64,000 nt of DNA, from positions 12,276,001 to 12,340,000 of the forward strand of contig CM075983.1 of the NCBI GenBank assembly GCA_038087875.1, in the 5' to 3' direction. The notes beneath the pieces were generated by a model, which was not told the DNA's origin, searched no databases, and saw nothing but the letters and a program-made list of their open reading frames with translations. Both the position numbers and the translations under genes were made by a program. Position 1 is the stretch's first letter. Each line of letters begins with the position of its first letter. Of the stretch, positions 9,493 through 22,556 are shown piece by piece. This DNA comes from Malacoraja senta. Its lineage: Eukaryota.

Positions 9493-10624
9493 TCAAGAAG
9501 ATATCACTAATTGGAAGTGTGGCATCTGGCAGATATCTCCAGCCTATCTCAGTGCCACTTGTTCTTACAGGTACTTGTAGGTACAGCTACAGATACTTGT
9601 ACTGAACTGTATACAAAGATGAATTTCACTGTACCTCGGTACAGGTGACAAATAAAGTTCCATGCCAAGTACAAAAAAAAGTTGAAATCAGCGATTCAGT
9701 ATAGTCCAGGTGTCCAAACCAAAACTATCTGAGACGCGTGTCTGAACTACCTGAAGAAGGTTCCTGAACCAAAACATCCATTTCCTCCACTGAAGCTGCC
9801 TGACCCGTTGAGTTCTTCCAGTATTTTATGCTTCACTCAAGATCCCAACATCTGCAGTTCCCTGTGTCTCTCTTACCTACTATTATCTTAATTGGTATAA
9901 AGCATCCAAAATAAAGAAAGTTTAACAAATGAATCCTTTGGTCAAAGAGAGGGCAATGCAGAGGTTAAGCTTGAGGGGTAGTGGATACTGTGCAAGTCCT
10001 ACCTCGAAAGAGGAGATGGAGATGAAGGTTCCAGCTGGATATGGAGATGGCCACTCTCGATGGCCTGATAGCACATGTGCTTACTCACACTGATGCGATG
10101 TGCTCATCATTGATCTTTTTTACTTCGGAGTCACGCGAGTGACTACGTGAAGAACCCCGTCAGGGCGCATGCGCGTCATTACGTCGGACGCATTGGTGCG
10201 AACGGCAGCGGGAGCACGGACCTCCTGCTGCAGGTGAGTAATTACAGCTCCACCAAAGTCGGGGAGACTTTGGAGGAGTTAGAGAAAAGTAAAGACATTG
10301 TTTCTGTGTGTTTTTTCCCCACATACAGGAACAAGGAAAAGGTGCAGGCTGCTGCCGACAAGGAGAGAGAGAGCTGCGGGACGCAGTCTCTGAAAGGCAG
10401 CCTGTCACCTCGGGGGAGTCGCAAGCCGGTAGCGGTGCGGCGACAGACTTGGCAAAGTGCCCAGCCGGGTACACAGCCAACGCCAGTCGGGCGGTCGGCA
10501 TAAGCCAAGTCTGTCAGGGCTATAGACTCCGCAGAGTCGGGCCACGAGAGTCCCGTCGGGGACAGGATACCGTTCCCCAGCGGTTATCCAAAAGGAGCAG
10601 CTCATACAGGGGCTGCTCCACAGA

Positions 10625-10870
10625 GACGCTCCAGGAGGAGTTGTGTGGGCGGGAAGCCATAGGTAAGGCTTCGCTGGCAGTGCCTAGGAGAGGTCTGCTT
10701 CATAAAGCCACACTCCAGGAGGAGTTGTGCAGGCGGGAAGCCTTAGGGAAGGCTCCGCTGGCAGTGCCTAGGAGAGGTCTGCTTCATAAAGCCATACTCC
10801 AGGAGGAGTTGTGCAGGCGGGAGGCCGTGGGGACGGCTCCGCTGGCAGTGCCTAGTAGAGGCCTGCTTGA
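10625..10870 (+). repeat. 84-bp tandem repeat x about 3 in the DIRS gag region
   Basis: CTCCAGGAGGAGTTGTG.. recurs near 10629, 10713 and 10797 (28-codon period). Confidence 0.9.
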
Positions 10871-11699
10871 AAGCACCCTCTTTGCAAGAGGTGAGTGCAG
10901 AAGGGCAGATACGCTCTGACCCTGAGTCCGACGACTTCCAAAGGGAGGGCAGGCAGCTGTCAGAGCTGACACCGTGTGCAGCACGGTTTGCCATGTCGTC
11001 GGATGCTGGTGAGCCTCTGGGTGAGGAACTTGCCACCAGCATAAATTACCAAGTCTCACATCAGCTACAGGAGCTGACAATGGATGAGACAGTAACAAAG
11101 TATGAAGCCCCAATCAACTGTGGACTGTTAAAAGTTCCTATTGGGAACAGGAAGAATTGGGGCAAGATGGGCATACTAATGAAAGCCCAGGAGCATGTGA
11201 AGCTCCAGCATATTTTTAAAGTTGCTGGCATCTGGTATAACGAGCTTTGCCAGGATGGTGGATGGAGAGGCCATGACAAATTACAACAAAAGGCGCTATT
11301 GTGGAGTGCCCACTTTGAGATCAACTGCCTCCGCAAGATGCGATTAGACCAACCATCAATGCTAAATATGCTTCACTCTGCCAGCCTGGCACAGTGCAAC
11401 CGGCACAGCTGTTTGGCGAGGATTTCGCACAGCAGGTGAAGGAGCTGGAGGAGGAGGCTAAGACGGCAGCCACATATTCACCAAAGCGGAAGTATCCCTA
11501 TAAGGGAGCAGACTGGTCCGGGCAAGGGACTAGTCCAGCTACGATGCAGCGCAGTTGGCGTTTGGCTGTAGCACCGCCACGGAGGTGAGATATCCAGCTC
11601 AAGGCCGGGGAAGAATGCCAGGTGGTAAGGAGGTAAGAGGGTCTGGTTCTCATGTAGACAGATCTAATGTGATACAATTAAATGTTTACCTCAGTTTAT

Positions 11700-13300
11700 A
11701 CTGAAGGTTATTCAAGGGCATCAAATAAAGCTTAATGCAAATTCTGATTTACCCATGCAAGATGTTCCAAAAAAGGAGTTTGACTTCAGTATCACTGAAC
11801 AATTGGAAGTTCAGCTGGAACTTGCAAGCTTATGTAATAAAGGTGTAATTGCTAAGGCAGTTTACCAAAGCCATCAGTTTGTGTCCAATATCTTTCCCAG
11901 ACCAAAAAAGGATGGGGGGATGCAGAATTATACAGACCTGAATAGTCTTAACCCTTTTGTACGGTATAGACATTTTAAGATGGAAACGTTTGTGAAGGAG
12001 ATCTTAAAGATGCGGATTCAGTGTCTGTTCATTTGCAGGATAGAAGATTTAAAATTCAGCTGGATGGGGCAATTATGCCAATACAATCCACTGCCTAATG
12101 GTTTCTCTTCAGCTCCTAGAGGGATTACAAAGTTGTTAAAACCTATTCTAGGCATGATGAGAAGTCAAGGTCATGTGTTCATGGCTTAACTAGATAATAT
12201 CTTGATTGTAGGACAATCAAAGGAAACAGCTGAAGCATCAGTGGCAGTTGGTAAAAACCAATTTTTAATTGGGCTTTATAAGCTATCCAGATAAATCTAA
12301 ATTTATACCTGTGACACAAATTGACTAGTTGGGTTCACAATGGACTTAATCAACATCATTGTGACCTTGCCCAGGCAAAAAAGGGTAGAGCTAATTAAGA
12401 GCTATATCAAGTTAATTGCTAACACACAGCCTTCAATTAGCCAGGTGACAAGTCTGCTGTGGTAATGGCTGGCAGCATTTCCAGCAGTTCAATATGGCCA
12501 CTTTATTATCTACAATTACAAAGGTCAAAGGAACAAGCATTGAGGATACATTGGGGTCATTATAATAGACCTATGCTTCTATCAATAGAGGCTGTTGCTG
12601 ATGTACAATGGTGGATTCAGCATGTGTCCACTAGTAGTTCCAAAGTGTTATTGGACCAAGTTTCCATGATTTGCAGACAGATGTCAGAGCACTTGGGTAG
12701 GGTGCTACTGATACAAGATCCAGCGGTGGAGACAGATGAACATTGCTTCTGCAAACATGGGGAATTAACCAAGAGTATTTTATGGACTCGAGGCTTATGG
12801 CACTAACTAAACTAGTTTGCATGTGCAGTGCAAACTAGACAATACTACAGCAGTTGCTGATATGAATCACATGGGTGGAATCAAATCGTTATCATGTGAC
12901 AGGTTGGCAAATACAATTGGACCTGGAGTAGGGATAGAGAGATTTGAATTGGAGATATCTATCTCCCAGGGAAACTTAATGTAGTACCAGATGGCAGCTC
13001 ACGAAAATTCCATCATAACACAGAGTGGATGTGGAACCAGGATGTGTTCAAGAACATAGTATTTCTATATGGAAGGCCAAAATATGTTTCATAGGCACCA
13101 GATCCAGGGGCAGTGACAATTGATGCTTTTTCACTAAATTGGGATGATATGTGTGTGTACATTTTCCCACCATTCTGCCTCATAGGACGGTGTTTGAGAA
13201 AATCAAGCAGGATGCCGCTTCAGGGGTTTTGGTGATACCAAATTGCCTGATTCAACCATGGTTTCCTTTGATGTTACAGATAGCGATCCAACCTCTTTTT
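11700..13300 (+). pseudogene. DIRS RT / RNase H / MT-like pol remnants
   Basis: FVSNIFPRPKKDGG, RHFKMET, LPNGFSSAPR, A*LDNILI (degenerate YLDD), LDNTTAVADMNHMGG (RNase H), and DAFSLNW..YIFPPF..QPWFP (methyltransferase-like). Confidence 0.88.
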
Positions 13301-13399
13301 GCTGATTCCAAACAGTAGGAATTTGCTGGAGCATCCAGTAACGCATTAAGTTCATCCGTTATGTGATGGTATGGATCTGTTAATTTGCAGGTTTTAAGA

Positions 13400-14376
13400 A
13401 TGCCTTACATTGGTCGAGGACTTTCTAGGCCAACGGTGGATATACTCACTGCAGCCTGCAGAAACAGTACTCAAGAACAGTATATGACTTATGAAAAAAA
13501 AAAAAAAAAATGGGAACAATATTGTGTTCAAAAGAATATTCAATATGATACTGTAGTTATTGAAAATGTGTTAGAGTTTATCTACACTTTATTATGATGT
13601 GGGTCTTAGCTATACTGCTATCAATACAGCTAGAAGTGCTTGGTCGGCATATCTTGTAATAGGTACACGGACACAAAGTATAGGTTCTCACCCTCTCATA
13701 TCTAGGTTGATGAAAGGAATTCCAAACCGCCTAAGCCTAGGTATATGGTAATCTGCGAGGTAAGTGTTGTTTGTAACATACTTCGTCATTGGGTCCCTGT
13801 CAAGGCTATAACTTTGTTAAAATTAACCATGAAATTGGCTATGCTAATGGCATTGGTGTCAGTACAGAGAGTGCAGACTTTCCAAAAAACTTCAGTTCGA
13901 GAGAATGGAAGTGAATACAGAGAATGTTCTGTTTTATATTTCTGACCTGCTCAAACAAAGCAGGCCAGGTGTGACAGGTCTTAAGATTGTGTTCTCAGCA
14001 TATCCTACAGCTCCATGTTTATGTGTAAGGACACATTTGTTACATTACATTGAAGCCGCAAGGGCTTTAAGACAAGAAGAAACAGGATTATTTGTCAGTT
14101 ACAAGAAGCCAACATAAAAGAGTGGCAGTTCAGACTATCTCAAGGTGGTTAAAGCAAGAGTTGGTTCAGGCAGGAATTAACATTTATGTGTTTACATCTC
14201 ATTCCACTAGCGCAGTAGCAACATCCGCGGCCAGGGCGATGGACGTTCCCATCGACCATATATTAAAAGCCGCAGGTTGGAAAAATGAACTTGTGTTTCA
14301 GCAATACTACCATCGGCCGATTGCCGATGGAGGGCTGTTTGCCAACTCAATATTGAGTGCTGTTGCTATTGTTTAA
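13400..14376 (+). pseudogene. DIRS tyrosine recombinase
   Basis: LMALVSVQRVQT, TISRWLK, SHSTS (R lost), AAGWK..VFQQYYHRP. Homologous to 61..570. Confidence 0.9.
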
Positions 14377-15839
14377 AGTCTGTTTTCAATACTGTTTCAT
14401 TCTGTTTCGTTTGTTGCCCTACATTAAGAGGGTTTATTGGTTGTTTTATGACCAAAAATAAAACTGTTTTGTTTTTGCATGATATGCAATGTCATGTTTA
14501 CAGCATTATTGATGATACTCAGAGTCAATCGATGCAGTGAGAAGCCGGGATTTTGATCTGCGGCATAAAAATCACAGAGCTTTAAAATCTTCACGTAGTC
14601 ACTCACGTGACTCCGAAGTAAAATAGTAAGATTAAACGAGAACTTACCAGTTTGAAGTTTGATCTTTATTTTATGAGGAGTTACGTTGGTGATTACGTGC
14701 CCGCCACGCCCAACCCTCTCTCATAGAAAAAAGGTCATAATGGTAGTTCTCATGTTGATCATCTTAATATGTTACTTCAATTATGGTGTTGTCTGTGATT
14801 TCATACCGCTGCTTTGAAGATTGACGCGCATGCGCCCTGATGGGGTTCTTCACGTAATCACCAACGTAACTCCTCATAAAATAAAGATCAAACTTCAAAC
14901 TGGTAAGTTCTCGTTTAATCTTACTAATAAACTGTAGTGTTGAAGGCTGCATTTCCCGTGGAAACAATGGCTCAAATCATACCTTTATCCAACAATTCGG
15001 GGGGGGGGGGGCGGGGCATCAAGGTGCTTCCTGAAGGTCAGCCCATTCCGGACTTGCATGTTGCAACTCAGAAGTCAGGAAGGCACTGGACACACCATGA
15101 AGTCCACAGGTCGTCATGACCTGCAGACAGAGGAAGTTAGTTTAATTTGGCATCATATTCTGTGCAGACATCGTGGGCCGAAGGGCCTGTTCCTATGGTG
15201 TACTGTTCTATGTTCTATGTTTTATGATATCAAGTCTTTGACAACCTTGGATTGGGCTTCAATTCCACTACCTGAGACCCGGTCACCACTTATATTCCTT
15301 TCCACTTAGTATGCCAGTGAGGCCTCCATGTAATGGTGGCTACAATAGATAGTTGCAGCAACAAAACCAGTAGAAAGGCTATTTTTTATGGCATGGGCTG
15401 TTCAAAGTAGGATTCAAGCCTTTGAGATTGAGTGTGAGAAATGTTTGGTCCAAATACAAATGCATAATCTATTGCTACAGACAGTTAATCGTATTTAGAC
15501 TCCTCTTCCACTCCTCATAGGATTGTAAACCTACCTTATCCTGTCTGGATGCTGTGCATTTACAGTATTATATAGTTTGTGTGCAAGGTCCAGGATCTGC
15601 ACTTATTCTTTGTTTCTATAGCATCAGCTAACCCATTAAATGGAAGTGTATTAGTCTATTTAATGATATGTGGATCATGTGGGAGAGCTGTTTTGCTTCA
15701 TGTTCATCCAGATATACATAGAAGGAACAAGATTTTTATGTACATTTAGTTCTCTTGCGTTTTGTGTATAGTTAATTGTATTTGAGTGCTACAATATCTT
15801 CATTTATTGAATTAAATCAACTTGTCATAATGTCATCCG

Positions 15840-16258
15840 CTGGCGGCTCCTTGTGGCTGCGGCTCGCCTGCAGTCCGTCTGTCTCTTTTCTTTTTTTTTT
15901 GGTCTTGTTAAGAGTATGTTTTTGGTTTATTTTTAGTTGTGTATATGTTGGGGGGGGGGGGGGGTGGAGGGGGGATGGAGGAAACTTTTCAATCTCTTCC
16001 TTGAATGGGGATGCGACCTTTTCCTTGTCATGTCTCCGTTTCGCTGGGGCCTAACATCATGGAGCTGGTGGCCTCCAACTGGAATCGACCTGAGGGCTCC
16101 AGTCGTAGAGCCTGTGGACTTACCATCATGGAGCTGGCTGACTTCGGAGGCTGTGGTGGCACTGCGGCTGCGACCCGACTTCGGAGCTTCGGAGGCTTGG
16201 GAGTGTTTTCCAGAACATTCCTCACACGCTTCCCCCCTCCCCAACCGTCGAGTGAAAA
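15840..16258 (+). mobile_element. 5' part of a GC-rich non-autonomous retroposon family
   Basis: GGCTGCGGCTCGCCTGCAGTCCGTCTGT head, T-rich tract, G-run and ATGCGAC.TTTT, all shared with 35595-36456. Confidence 0.7.
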
Positions 16259-17297
16259 GAAAAACGGTACACGATAGCGCTAACATTTTTTTCCCACCTT
16301 CATCACCATTGTCCTGTGCTGTAAATGCAACAAGTTTTGTTCAGATCTACGGTATAATTTTAGAGTTATTAATGTTTAAAAACCTTTAAAAACGTGCATG
16401 CGTAGTTGGGGGAGAGTTCCCGTGCGCGTCTTTACTGGCGTCGCAAAGGGCACCCAACGGGTCTTCAGCCATGCCTGCGCAGTTGGGGCCTTTGAGGAAT
16501 TGATATCGTGGTGGCGGCAGTGGTGAGAGGCCACCCCAATGATCCAGGGCCTGGGCACTGAGGCCGGTGGCGGCGGTGGCAGCGGCAGGCTCCGGGGATG
16601 GGGAGAGGCCACGCGACGATCCGGGGTGTGGGCGCTGATGCTGGCAGCGGCAGCCAGCTCCGGCTCCGGGGGCGGGCTGAGGCCACACCGAAGATCCGAG
16701 GCCTGGACGCTGAGCCTGGCTCTGAGGGCGGCGGCACATGCAAGTAGGGTAAGGAGTGTCACGTCGAGATCCGGGGAGGTGAGGAGGGAGCATTAGGGGC
16801 TTGAGGGAGAGGAGGGGGTAGGGAGGGAGAGGGGGGAAAGTGGTGGAGGTGAGGAGGGAGAGTGGGGGAGGAGGGGGAATAGAGGGAGAGGAGGGGGGGA
16901 GTGATGGAGGTAAGGAGTGGGGAATAGAGGGAGAGGAGGGCAGCGCGGGAGGTGAGGAGGGATAGTGGGGGGGGTAGGGGGAGGTGAGAAGTGAGGGAGG
17001 TGAGGATAGAGGGATATGAGCGGGTAGGAGAGGAGAGGAGTTATGGAGGGAGGGAGTGACAGAGTAGCGGAAAGGAGAGGGAGGGAGAGGTGTTGGAGGG
17101 ATTGGGGGAGCGGAGGAGGAGAGGGGAAAGAAGAGGGAGGGTGGAGCGGGAGGGAGTGCTGGGGGAAGAAGGGAAATGAGACGCGCCTGCGCAGTTGGGG
17201 GCTATGGGTGAGTGGTGGAATATTGCGTTGGGGGAACAGGTGAGTGGTGGAATATTGCGATGGGGGAGCAGACCAAACGGGTCTGCACTTAATCTAG
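16259..17297 (+). mobile_element. Non-autonomous Helitron-like element (5'-truncated)
   Basis: Ends with hairpin GCAGACC-AAACG-GGTCTGC (17268-17286) followed 7 nt later by CTAG|T. Interior is GC-rich with a purine-rich low-complexity tract at about 16770-17175. No 5' TC terminus seen. Confidence 0.65.
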
Positions 17298-17904
17298 TTT
17301 GTTCTATATCTCTCTCTATCACCGTCTATATCTCGTTTCCTTTTCCCTGGACTCTCAGTGCGAAGAAGGGTCTCGAGTGGAAACATTACCTATTCCTTCT
17401 CTCCAGAGATGCCGCCAGTCCCGCTGAGTTACTCCAGCTTTTTGTGTCTTTCTTCGGTTTAAACCAGCATCTGCAGTTCCTTCCTACACAAATACAAATG
17501 GGTGCTGTAGTGTGAACATATATGAATGCAATGCATGAAGTCAGAACAGATTATTGCATGTTGTCTCATCTCTGATCAGAGCTTTGCCTTAATCATGGGG
17601 CTTGATTTTGGGACTGATTTAAGTGTCTGTGGATAGCAGATGGTTATGTCCCCAAACTCTGGCTGATATTAAAAAGGCTGCAGATGAAATGTTTAATAAG
17701 CCACAATATTCAGCTCGCAATATTAAAGAAAAATACTTTTGGCACTTGTGGTGCCCCAGCTGAGCTGGGAGTGTGATAAAGCTGCAATTCCCAGAAGCTG
17801 TTTCCTCCAAAACAACGACACTTGGCAAGACGTCGTGATCAAGTTTCTAGATTAGATTTGTTTTACTCTCAAAAGTACTCTGCTGAGCAGAATATGATTG
17901 GGGA

Positions 17905-18129
17905 AGATAGACACAAATAGTTGGAGTAAATTGTAGGACAGGCAGCATCTCTGGAGAGAAGGAATGGGTGACGTTTCGGGTCAAGACCCTTCTTCAGTCT
18001 GAAGTAATGTCTTGACCCGAAACGTCACCCATTCCTTCTCTCCAGAGATTCAGCCAGTCCTGCCGAGTTATTCCATCTTTTTGTGTCTATCTTTGGTTTA
18101 AACCAGCATCTGCAGTTCCTTCCTACACA
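17905..18129. repeat. Inverted dimer of the Penelope pseudo-LTR repeat
   Basis: Two opposite-orientation copies meet at CTTCTTCAG|TCTGAAG. Similar fold-back copies lie at about 18640-18832, 19098-19285, 25494-25780, 33545-33750, 42389-42735, 48568-48738, 52842-53010 and 58909-59232. Confidence 0.85.
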
Positions 18130-18386
18130 TATGTTTGGGGAAGTTATTGCAAGAGTTTTCTGGAGAAACAAAGGTTTACCTTATTGACTATTCCTGAAGT
18201 TGGGAGAGATTGGAAGATCCCAAGTTTGTGTCAAGTTCACTGATAACGCTAGGCATGACTCTATAGCGTGGTCTGTACATCCCCACTGTTGTCCACAGTT
18301 CTGGAGCAGGCAAGTGTAACCAAAAATGCTTAACACTGAACCACTATTCAGTAGCTTCTGCTGCCCAGCCGTACATCCGTTGCATA

Positions 18387-18635
18387 TTCCAGGCCCCCAC
18401 CACTCTCTGTGTAAAAAATTGCCCCGCACATCTCTATTAAACTTTCCCCCTCTCATTTTATAGCTATGCCCTCGAATGTTGGGCATTTTCACCCTGGCAA
18501 AAAAAGGCCTGATTGTCTACCCTATCTGTGCATCTCATAATTTTATATACTTCGATAAAGTCTCTTCTCAAACTCCGACGTTCCAGAGAAAACCACCCAA
18601 GTTTATCCAGCCTCTCGTAGCTGAAGCTCTCTAAT
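18387..18635 (-). mobile_element. CR1 (HER1-like) LINE 3' fragment
   Basis: Translates to NIRGHSYKMRGGKFNRDVRGNF, the CR1 ORF2 C-terminus. Confidence 0.75.
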
Positions 18636-20252
18636 TAGCGATAGACACAAAGTGCTGGAGTAACTCAGGGATCAGGCAACATCTCTGGAGAAAAAGGATG
18701 GATGATATTTTGGTACGACCCGAAACATCACATACCCTTTTTCTCCCGAGATGCTGACTAACCCGCTGAGTTACTCTAGCACTTTGTGTCTATGTTTTGC
18801 ATAAACCAGTATCTGCAGTTCTTTGTTTCTACAAATTGTTAATTAGATACAGAGCAAACTATTTGTAGCAATCACAGAATCTCCAGCATCGTATTAGTGA
18901 TCCAGGCAAGATTTAAGTAATGCAAACTATTCTTGAGTACAGGAACGAATCTACCAGGGATTTTTGTCAAAATATTTTGCCTTGTAAACAGTGCAAGGAG
19001 CATTGGCTGTATGCAGTGATTGTGGTCATACATGGAAGTGTAAAGTTGACATCCTGACTTCTTGATCATCAGAAGTCACTGATTAATTCGAGCATAAAAT
19101 ACAAAGTGCTGGAGTAACTCAGCGGGTCAGGCAGCATCTCTGGAGGACATGGATAGATGACGTTACAGATCGGTCCTGAAATGTCACTTATCCAAGTCCT
19201 CCATGGATGCTTCCTGACCCGTTCATTTATTCCAGCACTTTGTGTTCTACTCAAGATTCCAGCATCTGCAGTTCATTGTGCCTCCATTAATGAGACCATA
19301 GCCAAGCCGCACAGAAATAGACCCTTTGCTCCAATTTGTCCATGCCGACCAAATTGTGCATATCAATCCTTAAGTTATTATAGGGAGTTGTCCAAGTTAG
19401 CTCCTACAATCTTTTGCAAAAACTTTAATAACAGGTCTTTAACTGATGGGTTTATAAGAATTGTGTTTGTCTAAAATGTGTTATATTTTCTGAATGTAGT
19501 TTAACTTAAAAGCTAAATGGCGCCCCTTAGTGGTGAAATAATGACATTACAAAGATATGAGAAATTACTCTGGGGATCGCCAACATTCCGGATTTCTAAT
19601 TTATACTTATAAGCGAGTTCGGTATTCCGACTGCACATGCCCAGGTCATAGGTCACCCGAGACAAACATTCTCGGCAGCTGAGCTGCTGCGTGTATACAG
19701 ACCTGCGTTTCATCCGTATTTTCCAGCTTTGATTCTTCTAGGTAAGAAAATACTGCCTTCAAACTATGAATTAGTTGGATTTATTGTTCCTTTGTACAAA
19801 ACTACAATGATTTTGTCGGTTTTATAGCTTTATGCTTCGGTCAGTGAGTGAGATCGTGATGATGAATAACACGCATTTTTTTATCTTTGTTGTGGACGGG
19901 CGGGGGAATGTAATGAAATGTATGATTTTTATAACTTTCAGTAGACTTCTGAATGTGTTCTGCATGTACATGTGTAAGTAAAGTTGTGTAGTACAAAACT
20001 TAGTTACTAGTTTCCTGACTAATCATGTCTCTTCTGATTCCCATAACATTGGATAATTTAAATCAGTAATTGACATTTTCATTTTCTGTTATAATCTTGT
20101 GATTGTATAAATTATTTCAATATACTTGCACTATTTTCTTTTGCATTGTAACTTGTACCGGTATTTAATGGACATGCTTACAAGACCCTATTTGAATTAA
20201 CATATGATTGACTTTGTTATTTATTTTGTTTTATATGTTACTGGGCAAAGCC

Positions 20253-22187
20253 ATGCCCATTTGTGCAATGTTGGGGGTGTGGGAGCAGCACGTATCACCT
20301 GAATAAGTGGATGCAGAATGTGTGTAAAGGGCCTGTCCTACTTACGTGACTTTTCAGCAAACTGTCTGCGACCTTCAAGCTTGGGGGCATTCGCCTGAAA
20401 AACCACGAGCTGGATCAACTGTGAGCACAGAACACACACACACACATACACAAACACATCGCAAAGGCGGGGGCCAGGGAAAGAGGGGGAGCGCTGTCTG
20501 AAATTCACATGGTGCAAAGCCAATGTGATACCCGCGATGAACAGGAAGGTTAAAGACGGCTAGCACAGTGAACGGAAAGTTCTTTAAAAGAGTGGGGAGG
20601 GGGGAGACAGGAGAAGGGGGGAGAAGGGGAGAGAAAGGGGAGGGGAGAGAATGGGAGAGAAGGGGGGAGAAGAAACCAGGCAACGTTTAATAAGCCAGAG
20701 ATACACAGCTGTGAAGTTTAGCGGGCATTTAACATTACCGGTCAGTTTTCCTTGATTCTGAAAACTCGTGCTTACGTTTTTTTTTTCCCAATAAGCCAAT
20801 TAAAATGCCCGGTCAGCAAAGGAGATTACCCATGGCTACCTCGACTACCTACAACGACATGGCGACACTACCACTGCACTACGAGTTCAAAAGTATCGAT
20901 TTTCTCCATGCCTCGCAGAAACATTTTCAACATGTTGAACATTTTTCCACGACCAAACTGAGGCCGCGAGTAGTAACCACTATGCGGGAACTCCTCTCGA
21001 CCATGAAGGAGTCTTACCAGTGACCACCTACGACCATGTGTCGACCATGCTGCGAGCTTGTGGCGAGTGCAGAGTCTCCTAAACTCGCCAATAAGGTCGC
21101 CATAGTGGGACAGGCCCTTGACAGCCACAACTGTAAATTTGCAATGGGAAACTGTTTCTGCCCACCTCCCTTCAAACTCTTCCCATTTCCGACAGAGAGA
21201 AGGGATGAACCAGCCCAGTTGCGTTGGTCCAAACTGCTCAACCGAAAGGATGGGAAAGGCAAGAATTATCAGCCTGACCCGAAAGGCAACAGCCGCGTGT
21301 GCTCTAAGCACTTTGTGGAAGGCGAGCCAACAACACTCAATCCGCACCCGGTCCTGAATCTTGGTTATTTGTTATCAGACTCCCCAATGTACCCACATGC
21401 ACTCTCTCGCAGAGATGGAAAACCCTCAAATAAAAGAAGAAAGTCGGTGACAGTAACGCAAAGCAATGTTGACGAACATGTTGAGGATGGACCAGACAAC
21501 AAGCGTTTATGAGCTATTGCTGTAGATCCTGCTTATGGGTACAAATGCAGCTGTCAAGAGAACTGTTAATGCATGGGATGCATCCAAAAACAGAAGGACA
21601 TAAACAAACTGACAGACAAAGTTGAAATGTTGGAAGGCAAGGTAAATGAATTGAAACTAAAACTGAAAAAAATCATTTTTGTAGCAATATCAAGACCGAC
21701 CAAAATGTGAGAAGATTGACAGGGCTTTCTTCGAAGGAAGACTTAGACAACCTATGCGAGTATGTGAAGCATAAAGCAAGGAAAATACGATATTGGGAAG
21801 GGAGAAAAAAAGTAATCAGTACTAAAATACCAAGAACATTTAAACAATCGCCAAAGAACTGGTTGATGAAGCTACGCCTTGGGCTGTTGATGGTGTTTCT
21901 CATGACTTTGTTTGAACTCAGTGGGGGTACATGTTCTAAAATATTCAATACTTGGATTAAATTCCTAGCCACCCAACTGAAACCCCTGATTTTCAGGCCA
22001 GATCGTGATTTGATAAGGTCCAAGAAGGTGGCCAATGTCCGCATTCATGTTTAACGGGCCATAGGTCGTCTAAAGTTGTTTAATATCCTGAGAAATACTT
22101 TACCCATCACTTTAGTTCCACCCCTTAATGATATTTTCACCGTCTGTGCAACATGATGTAATTTACTAGCCTCCATTGGTGGGTAAA
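20253..22187 (+). pseudogene. THAP-domain DDE transposase, interrupted and internally deleted
   Basis: MPICAM..GCGSSTYHLNKW.|.LFPFP..RW..RVCSKHF..PHPVL (THAP), LMKLRLGL..SGGTCSKIFNTWI (HTH), and VANVRIHV*RAIGRLK.FNIL..VCA..CNL (DDE C-terminus, E changed to stop). The core carrying the two Asp residues is missing. Confidence 0.85.
20328..21118. mobile_element. Harbinger-like MITE inserted in the THAP domain
   Basis: TIRs AGGGCCTGTCCTACT / AGTGGGACAGGCCCT with a 3-bp TSD TAA/TGA. Removing it restores the THAP frame (..QNVC-DSHNC..). Confidence 0.88.
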
Positions 22188-22556
22188 TGAGATGTTGTTG
22201 CACTTGCAGATCATCTTGATCAGAAGTTCAACTTTATGTTCAACCAGATTTGATGTGAACTGAAATCTAGAACTCAATCAGTAACTGTACAGAAGTTCAT
22301 ACCACTGTTAATTTATTTCATTCAGTTTAATAATTTTTCAAACATTGTTTAAGTGTGCATTAGCCACTAAGTTACATGTACACGTTAAGAAGTAGTCACA
22401 CATATGCACTATACTTACGTTGAGTTTCATTTCAAAACAACAAAATTATGTTGACATTGTTTCAAGTTTATAACATTAAAATGTATGGTAAATACCATAA
22501 ACATAAAGTTATCTTGTCCTTTATTACTTCTCTCCGTTGTATGTGATGTATTGCAT

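Larger units (their letters stand above)
10118..14926 (+). mobile_element. Full-length decayed DIRS1-like retrotransposon
   Basis: Left ITR 10118-10178, ICR 14588-14699, right ITR 14822-14926. Internal order is gag-like region, RT, RNase H, MT-like domain, tyrosine recombinase, with many stops and frameshifts. Confidence 0.95.

Noticed and set aside
15776-17515. Many overlapping ORFs here and at 23197-23781 and 35449-36298
   Set aside because: By-products of GC-rich or low-complexity repeats, with no domain motifs.
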